Part shown: positions 55,692-64,000 of the stretch, piece after piece
Position numbering within the stretch: position 1 is the first letter of the stretch
How the letters are laid out: the number at the start of each line of letters is the position of its first letter
DNA from: Acidobacteriota bacterium
Lineage (GTDB): Bacteria > Acidobacteriota > Thermoanaerobaculia > Multivoradales > J023
Reading direction: 5' to 3'
Assembly: GCA_039194425.1 (NCBI GenBank)
Contig: JBCCVZ010000001.1
Span: 11,117 to 75,116, forward strand
Length of the DNA stretch: 64,000 nt
Program-made: the position numbers and the translations under genes
Notes under the pieces: generated by a model
What the model saw: only the letters and a program-made list of their open reading frames with translations
The model's database searches: none
What the model was told of the DNA's origin: nothing

Positions 55692-56515
55692 GTCGCCTCT
55701 CCTCGGCCCCGTGTCAGGAGCTGGACGAGTGACACCATCTGGCCGTCGCGCTCGGCGTCGCCGCGGGCCTTCGGGGTCAGCATGTAGGCATCCGCGGTGT
55801 ATCCGAGATGGCGCTCGAGCTCGCGCGCCTGGTCAACCGCTGGGTGGGGCACTCGCTTTGTGCCGAGGCGTTCGCCGTCCTTGCCGAGGAGCTCGACCGT
55901 CTCCCAGGGCTTGTCGTCTTCGATGGCCTCGTAGCAGCGCAGCAGGTGGGCGGTCTGCGCTGCAAAGGCTCTAGCAGCTAAGGGGCGTAGGCTGTCGACG
56001 TCGCCGGCGAGCGCCTTGGAGAAGCGCTCGGCGACGGCGTCGTCGACCACGAGCGAGCGTGCACAGACCTCGAGAGCGCCGCCCTGCTCGGTCACCTCTC
56101 GGCGCATGGAGCACGGGAAGCCATCGGCGTTCGGGCAGGCCGAGCGCTTGCACGGTGGCACAGCGCGACGGGCAGCGCTGGTTGCGTGCTCACCGGTCTT
56201 CACTGCGGCCGATCGCCGCTGCGCCGTCGCCGCCGGCGACATCGTGTAGTCGCGGCGCCGTTTTCGCGGCGGTGCGCTCGCCAGGTCGCGGTCGTGCAGG
56301 GCTTCGACGAGTCTTCGCGCGGTGGAGGCGCCGACCCTCGGCACCGAGCACAGGGTGGCGGTGTCCTGGGATCGCAGGGCGCGGACGAGGTCGTCGACGG
56401 GGATCGCGTCGAGGAGGGAGCGCGCCAGCGCCCGGCCGATGCCGGGCACGGTGACCAGGTGGCGGTGCACCTGGTCGCGGTCTGCGCTTGCGCTGGCGGT
56501 CGCCTCGTCCATCAT
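55688..56515 (-). CDS. Putative terminase small subunit / HhH DNA-binding protein
   Basis: Helix-hairpin-helix repeats (VTVPGIGRALARSLL; VPRVGASTARRLV). ATGA overlap with TerL. Confidence 0.4.
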   Translation of the reverse strand: MMDEATASASADRDQVHRHLVTVPGIGRALARSLLDAIPVDDLVRALRSQDTATLCSVPRVGASTARRLVEALHDRDLASAPPRKRRRDYTMSPAATAQRRSAAVKTGEHATSAARRAVPPCKRSACPNADGFPCSMRREVTEQGGALEVCARSLVVDDAVAERFSKALAGDVDSLRPLAARAFAAQTAHLLRCYEAIEDDKPWETVELLGKDGERLGTKRVPHPAVDQARELERHLGYTADAYMLTPKARGDAERDGQMVSLVQLLTRGRGEAT

Positions 56516-56573
56516 GGGTAGAGGGTCGCTGCGAAGAAGTCAACCGCCAAGGCTCCGGAGGCCGCAGAACACC

Positions 56574-57647
56574 ATGCAAAGCGTTGATAGGACACAAGAT
56601 GAACGCCACTTGGCGAATCTGACGAACCATAGGTCGACCTATGGTTCGTCAGATTCGCTCGAGAAGTGGCGGCGCGACCTGCTCTACATCAGCCGCGTGG
56701 CGCCGAGCACAGCGCGGCAGTACGTGCACGCGGTCCGTCGCCTCGAGCGGCAGGCGTCGGCGCCAGCGGTCGAGGTCGACCGCGCGGGGCTCGCCAGGCA
56801 CATGGCCTGGCTCGACCGGAAGGGGTACGCCACGTCGACACAGCGGCAAGCCGTCGCCGCGCTGCGCACGTTCTACAGCTGGGCTGAGCTTGAAGGCCTC
56901 GTCGACCGCAGCCCAGCGTGGCGGCTGCGCGGTCCGAGGGCCAGGCGTCGTGAGGCAGCGCACCTCACGCGCGAGGAGGTCGCCCGTCTGCTCTATGGGC
57001 GTGAGCCCGGAATGATCCCCGCGTCACCCTGGGCTGCGCGGGATCGTGTGCTCCTCGGTGTCGGCTACTACTGCGGGGCGCGAGCTGGCGAGGTCGGCAG
57101 GATCCAGGTCCGCGACTTGCTGCCGACGAATACCGGGGGGTGGTCGGTCGCGGTGCCCGGGGTCAAGGGTGGCGATGTAGTCCGCCGGGTGGTCCTGGAT
57201 CCCCTCGTCTGCGCGCAGATCCAGGGATACCTGGTGCTGCGCGACGAGATCGTGTCGCCCGGTCCGTGGCTCTTCCCGTCGCGTCGTCGTCGTCCGCTTT
57301 CGGCCGATGCAGCCCGGGGGGTCTTCGAGAAAGCGTGGCGCGAGGCAGGGATCCGCAAGCGAGGACGACGCCTCACGTGGCACGTCCTGCGCCACTCGGT
57401 GGCCACGCATCTCGTCGACGACGGTGCGAGCGTCCCGGACGTCCAGCGCTGGCTACGGCACCGGGACATGAGCTCGACGCAGGTCTACGCGCACGCCCGC
57501 GAGGAAGCCACGCTGGCGCGTGGTCTCTTCGGTCGGCGTCGGCTCGACACGTCCCGTCGACCCGTCGGTCTCGTCGAGGAGATCGGCCACCTCTTGGCGT
57601 CAGCTTCAGGCGCGTCGACGCTTGTAAACACGCATTCTCAGGCGTAG
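56574..57647 (+). CDS. Tyrosine recombinase (phage integrase / XerC-D family)
   Basis: N-terminal SAM-like core-binding domain. Catalytic R...HxxR...Y (LRHSVATHL, TQVYAH). The start is uncertain because the ATG at 56574 places the palindrome inside the ORF. Confidence 0.8.
   Translation: MQSVDRTQDERHLANLTNHRSTYGSSDSLEKWRRDLLYISRVAPSTARQYVHAVRRLERQASAPAVEVDRAGLARHMAWLDRKGYATSTQRQAVAALRTFYSWAELEGLVDRSPAWRLRGPRARRREAAHLTREEVARLLYGREPGMIPASPWAARDRVLLGVGYYCGARAGEVGRIQVRDLLPTNTGGWSVAVPGVKGGDVVRRVVLDPLVCAQIQGYLVLRDEIVSPGPWLFPSRRRRPLSADAARGVFEKAWREAGIRKRGRRLTWHVLRHSVATHLVDDGASVPDVQRWLRHRDMSSTQVYAHAREEATLARGLFGRRRLDTSRRPVGLVEEIGHLLASASGASTLVNTHSQA
56613..56658. promoter_or_regulatory. Perfect 46-bp palindrome centred on GTCGAC
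   Basis: gcgaatctgacgaaccataggtc|gacctatggttcgtcagattcgc, located between the divergent TerS-like and integrase genes. Confidence 0.7.
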
Positions 57648-58101
57648 GCGATCCAGTGGATATGTCTACGGCCGGGGGTCCCTCTGGGAACACCTCGTAG
57701 GCGGCTCAAGTCTTGTCGCGTCAGGGTGATAGAGTCCGAGAATTCCTAAAGGCCCGGCCCCTCTCCGAGGCGCATTAGGCTGGCACTCTCCCTGAAGTAT
57801 GGTCTGGAGTGGAAGAACGAAATATTGGTAGTTTCAATCTACGGCGCGTCGTCGCCTAACACCGGAACAGCATGCCTCATCAGCCACTTGATCCCCAGCG
57901 ATCTGCTGTCCGAGCCCTCTGTGAGGCAGAAGGACTGGAGATCCTGGAGGATTGAACGGCTTAGGCCTGAAGCCCTAGTGGTCTACGACCTCTCTCGCCT
58001 TGGCCGAAAGCGGCGAGACCTACCGTGATGGTTGTCGATGCCCGTTATGGAGAAAAGCCTGACGGATTAGAGCAATGAACGAATCAGAGGGGTGAGAATT
58101 C

Positions 58102-59094
58102 ATGAGCGTGGAAGCGAAGGACGTTCTAGACGAGTACGACTGCGAAGCATTTTTCTACAGTGGAGAGATCAATGAGAAAGATTCCATCCGGTTCTTGTGT
58201 GAGGTGCTGAGCCACCGCGAGAGCAGCGGCCAGCGACGTGGTCGCGGCTGCCTCTTCTTGGTTACGTATGGTGGTGACCTCCATGCGGCTGCCCGGATTG
58301 CCAAAGCCATGCAGCAGCGGTTTTCCTTCTTCAGACTTGTCGTGACAGGTCCATGTGCTAGTGCTGGGACTCTTGTTGCGACCGCGGCCGACGAGATCGT
58401 AGTCAGCCCTGTCGGTGAACTTGGTCCCATGGACATTCAGGTTCTCCGACCTGACGAGCTGTCTTTGACCAGGCATTCTGGTCTAGATACGACGGAGGCA
58501 TTCAATGCGCTGAGTCGGCGAACATTCTCAGCATTCGAAAGTTATTTGCTGAGAATTGTACAAAGCGGTGGCGGGTTGATTTCTACCAAGATGGCCGCTG
58601 AGTTGGCGTCTGGTCTAGTCGACGCATTGATCCAACCTATTGCGGCACAGATTGACCCCTATAGGCTGGCCGAAGCCGACCGTATGATGAACATTGCCGC
58701 CCACTACGGAAACTCGCTTGAGCGTGGGAATCCTCGGATGGGCGCAATAGACAGACTCGTTCATGGCTTTCCTGACCACAGGTTTATTATCGACAAGAAG
58801 GAGGCCGAGAAGCTGTTCCACGAGGTTCGCCATCTAAACGAACACGAAGCGACGATTGTGTCGCTACTGGGCGATAGCGCATTTACTCCAGAGCGTGATA
58901 CCGTCTCGGGGGCAGTAGCGTCAATTCTAGAAGAGCTAGGAGGCGAAAATGAAGCAGAATCAGATGTCGCCTCCGGCGAGGACGATTCCGTGGTCGAAGG
59001 CGATGGGGAACAAGAGAAGAAGGCCGGACGACCTCGCCGCACCAGCAAGTCCCGATCTGGTACCTCGAAGGCCAAGACCAAGGCCAAGGGTTGA
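58102..59094 (+). CDS. Clp-fold (ClpP/SppA-like) serine protease-like protein with Lys-rich tail
   Basis: LFLVTYGGDLHAAARIAKAM...VVTGPCASAGTLVATAADEIVV follows the ClpP/crotonase-fold protease pattern. Low-GC gene. Confidence 0.5.
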   Translation: MSVEAKDVLDEYDCEAFFYSGEINEKDSIRFLCEVLSHRESSGQRRGRGCLFLVTYGGDLHAAARIAKAMQQRFSFFRLVVTGPCASAGTLVATAADEIVVSPVGELGPMDIQVLRPDELSLTRHSGLDTTEAFNALSRRTFSAFESYLLRIVQSGGGLISTKMAAELASGLVDALIQPIAAQIDPYRLAEADRMMNIAAHYGNSLERGNPRMGAIDRLVHGFPDHRFIIDKKEAEKLFHEVRHLNEHEATIVSLLGDSAFTPERDTVSGAVASILEELGGENEAESDVASGEDDSVVEGDGEQEKKAGRPRRTSKSRSGTSKAKTKAKG

Positions 59095-59220
59095 ACCGGA
59101 AACGCTCGAGGCCTTGCTCAAGGCCATGGCTGAGGAGCAATAGGCGGGCGGTGCGACCTGGATCGAGGCGTTCCCGGCACGCTAGGCAGCGAGCAGTTGC
59201 TGTGCCGCGAGCAGCTCCCG

Positions 59221-59400
59221 CAGATCAGTTCCGAAGTTTCGAACCTGGGTCTGTTGGGGGTACCAAGAGACTGACTCGAGGCGTCAAAGAGTCACGCAGC
59301 TAGGGTCGAACGGAACGACAAGAGCGCCTCGATCTGAGGCGCCAAAGAGTTCGAACCTGGGCTGAATAGGTCCACCAATCTCGACCTGGAGGACTAGCGC
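59221..59400. repeat. Direct-repeat region with tRNA 3'-end-like fragments (candidate attR/boundary scar)
   Basis: Two agtttcgaacctgggtctg / agagttcgaacctgggctg copies and two gaggcg(t/c)caaagagt copies. A ggtccaccaatctcgacc stretch matches 14 of 18 bases of the tRNA-Ala end gctccaccactcctgacc. Confidence 0.4.
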
Positions 59401-59486
59401 AGCGGCCGGCCGGCGTCGAAACCGACCGACCGCTCGTCATCACGCTGGGGTGCTCAGGATGCCGGAGACAACGCGCCGTCGGCGGC

Positions 59487-62400
59487 TCAAGGGGCCGGCG
59501 GCGGGCTTTGCCGATCCACGGAGAGGGCCGGAGGAGAAGGCTGCCCCGGAGTGCCGTCCTCGTTGATCGGGATGATGACCGAGTAGGCCATCGAGCCGTT
59601 GTCCCGCGTGTTGTAGTGCTGCCTCTGCGTCACGAGGTTGATGTACTGCCAGTTCTGATGGAAGAAGTCTTCGTACTCTCCCGTTTCGTCGATGGCGGCC
59701 TCCTCGTCGTCGGTCAACGCATCGGCGTCGGTGAAGCCATCGTTGAACATCGGGAAGTCGAAGACCAGCGCACCGCTGCTGATCACATGCGGAGGCACCG
59801 AAGTCCCGTTGAAGATGTCGTGGTGGTAGCCCTCGACGACATCGATCCGGGGATGCTTGAATCGCTCTCCGGCCGAGTACATGACGTGGGTCGGGAAGAT
59901 CCGTTGGCGCCACTGCGCGTGGTTGGAACCGTGGCGGCCGGAACCGTGGTGCGAGGCGAGCAGAAGGCGGTGTGAGGCTCCCAAGGCCCAGCTACCGACA
60001 GAGCCCCCGTCGAGCGCGTCGAGCGCGGCTTCTTCGGTCGTACCCAGCGCGTCGCCAGGAAGAATGGCGCGAAAGAAGTCTCCCGGTGACGTCGGGCTCG
60101 GGTATCGAAGCTCGAGCACTGCGCTGGCGCGGTTTCGCCGTACGCTTTGGGAGTTGGGCTCTTCCTCGGTCGTCCCGGCCGGCGTGTTGACGACGACCAC
60201 GTCGAGCTGGGCACCGCCGCAGTTCGCGAACTGATGGATCGTGGAGTCGTCGGCCGGTTCTGGGCTCTGCCATTCGTGGTCTCGGAGCCAGGTCGGCAGA
60301 ATGGGCTCGTTCAAGGTCGCGCCGTTGATGCTCAGACCACGATCGGTCGCTCGATGCAGGAGGTAGGCGGACATCGGTCCGCGTCCACCGCCATTGCCAA
60401 GGGCCCACGTGTACGGCGACGGCGCGACGGGGATCCTCATGGCCTCGGTGACGTCCTCGTTGGTGGCGTAGCGGCCGACATACTCCTCGGGCCAGCCGCC
60501 CAGATACATCCTCTGGATGTCGGTGGCCCACTTCACGGCGCCGGCGCCGGGTTGGAACGCCCATCCACCGAGCAGAAGATTGGGGATGTGGTTGAAGTGG
60601 TCGGAGTCGGCGTGAGTCACCACGACCGTCGGCGCCTGCTCGCTCGAGTAGAAGCCCTTGGCGAAGAGCCTGGCGACGACACCGGCGGTATCGAGCCCGG
60701 TGGCGCCACGGCCGATCGAGCCGCAGTCGACCAAGACATTCTCGTACACCGGCTCTTCGCCCTCGCGGCGCTTCTCGCACTGGACCAGGTGACACGAGCC
60801 GGCGCCGACGTTGATCGAATGCACCCGCAGCGCGTCGAAGTTCTCCGGGTTTTGGGTGGTGGTTGCGGTCGCGACGGCATAGATTGCTTCGCGCTCTCGA
60901 TTGCGGCCCACGGTGTATTCCTCGACCGACGGGGGACCGCCCGGATTCTCGACGTGGTCGGTGATGACGAGATCTTCTTCGCAGGGCCGCTTGGTTCCCC
61001 GCGCGCACTGTTGAGCTCCAGCCCCGACGGTGGTGACCGCTGGGAGGTTGAGATCGAACCGGCCGTCCTCTTTCCATGCTCCGGTCCAGACTTCGGGCCC
61101 GTTCGCTCCGAACTCGAGAGCACAGGCTTCGTCGGCATAGCGCAGCGGGTATTGACCCTCGGTGACTTGGACGACCGCGGAATCGTACGTCGCGTAGACC
61201 GGAGGGCTGACGGAAATCGCCTTCTGGCACAGGATTCGGTACGTGTCGTCGCAGGACTCGACGGCCGCGTCCCACGTGCCGTCGTCGTCCCCGTCCCGGA
61301 ACACGACGCAGTGATCGACCTCTTCGTCCTCGTAGCACGAAGGATTCTCGAAGACTTCGAGAACCTCAGGCTCACAGGAGTCCTGCAGACGGACATGCTG
61401 CGCGAGGCCGTGCTTGGTCTGGTTGGTCGGCGCGAAGACCGCCTCGTATTCTTCGTCGTCGGTCAGCTCCTTGGGAGCCTCCGGAACCTGCATGCAAATC
61501 GGCATGAACGGCTCTGAGCAGCTCTCAAGGGCTTCGCTCAGAAGCATGCGAACGCCGGGCAGTGAGCGGCCTTCGCCCTCGGCGGGGAAGACTCCGAACT
61601 CACCGTGAATCTGATCGATCAGAGTCTCGTTCGACGTAAAGCCCTGTTCATGGACGAGCATGCCGGCGAGCACGTGGGCGACCGAGTCGCGCTTGACGCA
61701 CTCCGGGGTTTGATCGGTCGCCAAAATGTCCGAGAGCTTCACGAAGTGCATGGACACTCCACCGCTCCGGACGCAACGATCGTCGCTTTGCAGCGGACCG
61801 TAAATCGTGTCGTGCAGAGCCTGCCCTACGAGGTACCAGAACTCTCGTGCTTCGACATTGTCGGAGCTCGTGTTGGCCGGTAGCCAATACACCACTTCGT
61901 CGAGCCGCCCGTCGACGACGACGCCCGCCCAGTGGGGCGTGCTTCTCGGCCCCGCGAACCTGAAGGTCGGCGCCGAGAGCCCGTACTCCTGCTCCAAGAA
62001 GGCGAAGAGATCGCCGGCCATGCCACCCTCGGCGAGCAGGCTTTGCACGGCCGAGCGTGTGTAGGTGCCGCGATGCTCGTCTCGGCTCTCGATAACGTGG
62101 ATCGGCGGCATGCTCGACTGCCCGTCGCCCAGAATGGTGATCTGGTCGCCGAGCTCGTAGTGGTCGGGGGACGCGACCGCCTGCACGCGCGAAGGCAGAT
62201 AGGGCACGATGGCTCGAAGCGTCTGCAGGTCGCGCGAGGCGCCCATCGTCATCACCGCGTCGCGGAAACGAGCGCCGGCCGAGCCGCCTGGAGTGGTCGG
62301 GCAGGCCTCGTCCCTCTCTTCGTCCGGCAGTTCGACCGGCGCAGCGGTGAATCGACAGCGCGCCCAGTTCAAGAGATGACCGAGCTGCTCGAGGTAGAGC

Positions 62401-63689
62401 GCCTGCGAGCTCTCGCCGCCGTCGAGATCGTCGATCGGAAGCCCGAGCGCAATCCGTGCCTCCGAGTCGTCGAAGAGGAACGCCGCCGAGCGACCCTCGA
62501 GAAGTGCACTCTCGTAAAGCACCGGCTCGAGCTCCTGTGTGCCGTACACCCCGTCGACGACGCCGAGCAAGCGAGTCGTCATCTCCGTCTTGCTCAGGCT
62601 GTGACCGGCGCCGGCGGGCTGATGGAAATCGTCTCCCATCGCGTGGGCGAAGAGCTCTTCGTAGAACGCCACGTCGTCGGTGTAGCCCGCGGTGAAGAAC
62701 GGATCGAGCCACAGGCTACGCACGGCCTCGATGGCGACCGGCTGTTCCATGAACGAGCAGCCCGCGTAGGTGTCGTCGCCCGGCGACACGGTGCAGTAGC
62801 CACCGCACCCGAGGCCACCCCAGAGCAGCGAACCGTCCTGGCTGACGAGCACACCCGGGCTCTCTCGGACGAAGCCCGTGCCACCGGCAACCTGAGGCAC
62901 GGCGAAGGAAACCCCCGGGGCCGGCGGGTAGGCCGAGTCCTCGAACGCACCGCAGGTCCGATCACCGGCTCGGCTGGTGGTCTCCGGGATCGACCAGGGA
63001 TTCGCCCAGCCGCGCACGGTGAAGACCAGCTCGTCGACGTCGTAGTACCCGTAGCCGTCGCACCGGGTCAGGTAGTTGTTGTCGGCGAGGCGTGCCCGGA
63101 CGCGCTGGACGCCGCCCTCGGGCAGGGTGTAGGTGAACGAACGAGTCTGCATGCCGCGATCAGTGACCGCATAGGTTGCGAGCGGATGCAACGCGGCCGC
63201 GGAATTCGCTCCGTCGCCGGTGTAGGAGAGAATTAGGGTGTCGCTGGAACCCGAGCCGTAAGGGAAGAAGGTGACGTCGACGCGGACTGTGGCGCCGCTG
63301 GCCATGTCGTCGCCATCGAGACTGCTGACCGTAATACGCTCAATCGACTCATCCTTGAGGTGAACGAGGCTCTCGCTTCCGTCCAGACAAGAATCACCGA
63401 CCGTATTTGGATGGTTCGCTTCGGACGGGCTCTGGTGCCCGGAGCGCTCGAGCAGGCTGGTCGAGTCGCAGCTCGGGCCGGCCGTGGCGCAGTGCGGAGC
63501 GCCGAGCGCCGCGTTGTAGACCGCGTTGGCCAGGACCGGCGACGCACCGAAGGCTGTGAGCAGCAGCCCGGCCGTCGCGACCCGGCGCGCGCTCCGGACC
63601 CCGGTCCGAAGAAAGCGATGACGCACACCGGCGAATGGACCGGTCGCGCCGAGGGAGGGCTCGAGCTGAGAGAGCGTTGGGTTCTTCAT
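59487..63689 (-). CDS. Large secreted multidomain protein (~1400 aa) with metallo-beta-lactamase-fold domain
   Basis: Signal peptide (RRVATAGLLLTAFGASPVLANA). MBL motif VVVTHADSDHFNHI in the C-terminal third. ATG with a GAGGT RBS. Confidence 0.55.
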   Translation of the reverse strand: MKNPTLSQLEPSLGATGPFAGVRHRFLRTGVRSARRVATAGLLLTAFGASPVLANAVYNAALGAPHCATAGPSCDSTSLLERSGHQSPSEANHPNTVGDSCLDGSESLVHLKDESIERITVSSLDGDDMASGATVRVDVTFFPYGSGSSDTLILSYTGDGANSAAALHPLATYAVTDRGMQTRSFTYTLPEGGVQRVRARLADNNYLTRCDGYGYYDVDELVFTVRGWANPWSIPETTSRAGDRTCGAFEDSAYPPAPGVSFAVPQVAGGTGFVRESPGVLVSQDGSLLWGGLGCGGYCTVSPGDDTYAGCSFMEQPVAIEAVRSLWLDPFFTAGYTDDVAFYEELFAHAMGDDFHQPAGAGHSLSKTEMTTRLLGVVDGVYGTQELEPVLYESALLEGRSAAFLFDDSEARIALGLPIDDLDGGESSQALYLEQLGHLLNWARCRFTAAPVELPDEERDEACPTTPGGSAGARFRDAVMTMGASRDLQTLRAIVPYLPSRVQAVASPDHYELGDQITILGDGQSSMPPIHVIESRDEHRGTYTRSAVQSLLAEGGMAGDLFAFLEQEYGLSAPTFRFAGPRSTPHWAGVVVDGRLDEVVYWLPANTSSDNVEAREFWYLVGQALHDTIYGPLQSDDRCVRSGGVSMHFVKLSDILATDQTPECVKRDSVAHVLAGMLVHEQGFTSNETLIDQIHGEFGVFPAEGEGRSLPGVRMLLSEALESCSEPFMPICMQVPEAPKELTDDEEYEAVFAPTNQTKHGLAQHVRLQDSCEPEVLEVFENPSCYEDEEVDHCVVFRDGDDDGTWDAAVESCDDTYRILCQKAISVSPPVYATYDSAVVQVTEGQYPLRYADEACALEFGANGPEVWTGAWKEDGRFDLNLPAVTTVGAGAQQCARGTKRPCEEDLVITDHVENPGGPPSVEEYTVGRNREREAIYAVATATTTQNPENFDALRVHSINVGAGSCHLVQCEKRREGEEPVYENVLVDCGSIGRGATGLDTAGVVARLFAKGFYSSEQAPTVVVTHADSDHFNHIPNLLLGGWAFQPGAGAVKWATDIQRMYLGGWPEEYVGRYATNEDVTEAMRIPVAPSPYTWALGNGGGRGPMSAYLLHRATDRGLSINGATLNEPILPTWLRDHEWQSPEPADDSTIHQFANCGGAQLDVVVVNTPAGTTEEEPNSQSVRRNRASAVLELRYPSPTSPGDFFRAILPGDALGTTEEAALDALDGGSVGSWALGASHRLLLASHHGSGRHGSNHAQWRQRIFPTHVMYSAGERFKHPRIDVVEGYHHDIFNGTSVPPHVISSGALVFDFPMFNDGFTDADALTDDEEAAIDETGEYEDFFHQNWQYINLVTQRQHYNTRDNGSMAYSVIIPINEDGTPGQPSPPALSVDRQSPPPAP

Positions 63690-64000
63690 GGTCGACCTCA
63701 TGGGGAGCAAGTTGAACGGGGGCTTCGTCTTGAAGGCTGTCTTGTCCCTGAGGGCGGAAAACACCGAGCCGACCGGATAAAGAACGTTCGACGATCTGCG
63801 CGGCCCATCGCTGGATCGAGCGAAACCCATGGGATAGCCTTGTGTTCATCAGCTCATATGGCCTTCTGCCTCGACGGCGCCAAGCCGTCGCCCCCCGACG
63901 TGGAGCCAGCGAGATGACGACCGAGAACCGCGACGTCCAGCCCACCGACGAGACGCTGCAGCGCCCCTCCGCGCAACCTCGAGAGCCCGCTGTGCGGCCC

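Noticed and set aside
56641-57015. 124-aa ORF starting at the ATG inside the palindrome
   Set aside because: It is an alternate frame of the tyrosine recombinase gene. Its product is Arg/Ser-rich with no domain.
59221-59400. Possible tRNA gene suggested by the gttcgaacc and tccacca motifs
   Set aside because: No acceptor, D or anticodon arms can be folded. The spacing from the T-loop-like motif to CCA is 5 nt too long. I treat it as a repeat or att-like scar.

Overview
The window is about 70% GC. The left ~9.4 kb is ordinary chromosome. It holds a 5'-truncated tricorn-type S41 protease, a secreted DUF4397 protein, an ECF sigma/anti-sigma pair, a membrane fatty-acid desaturase, a 559-aa protein with a C-terminal XRE HTH, and tRNA-Ala(CGC) at 9428-9503. 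A roughly 50-kb temperate-phage-like element starts immediately downstream of the tRNA. Its parts, left to right, are:
- A large serine recombinase whose 3' end overlaps the tRNA 3' end on the opposite strand.
- A leftward early operon with DnaB helicase, a DnaC/IstB-like loader, lipoproteins and membrane proteins.
- A divergent Cro-like/CI-like HTH switch with TACCAC-N4-GTGGTA operators.
- A lower-GC accessory island (about 22-35 kb) that I read as a candidate anti-phage defence hotspot. It carries two pentapeptide-repeat proteins (one 749 aa with a C-terminal multi-TM domain), a SymE-like AbrB-fold toxin homolog coupled to an unannotated 59-aa membrane ORF, and a three-gene operon. That operon has two tandemly duplicated TIR-domain proteins and a single-pass coiled-coil membrane protein, which I propose as a candidate novel Thoeris-like system. 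Next to it is a SEFIR-domain protein.
- A leftward late/structural operon: putative TerS, TerL, portal, S49-like protease/scaffold, capsid, tail proteins, a GH108 peptidoglycan hydrolase and a 1002-aa tape-measure protein.
- A tyrosine recombinase at the right end, preceded by a perfect 46-bp palindrome.
Beyond the element are a low-GC Clp-fold protease-like gene, a repeat region with tRNA-3'-end-like fragments (possible attR), and a 1400-aa secreted protein with a metallo-beta-lactamase-fold domain.
Many adjacent genes overlap by ATGA/GTGA, which suggests translational coupling. Most long ORFs on the opposite strand of real genes are Arg/Pro/Ala-rich high-GC shadow ORFs, and I ignored them. 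A few of my hand-derived start coordinates may be off by ±1 nt relative to the ORF track.
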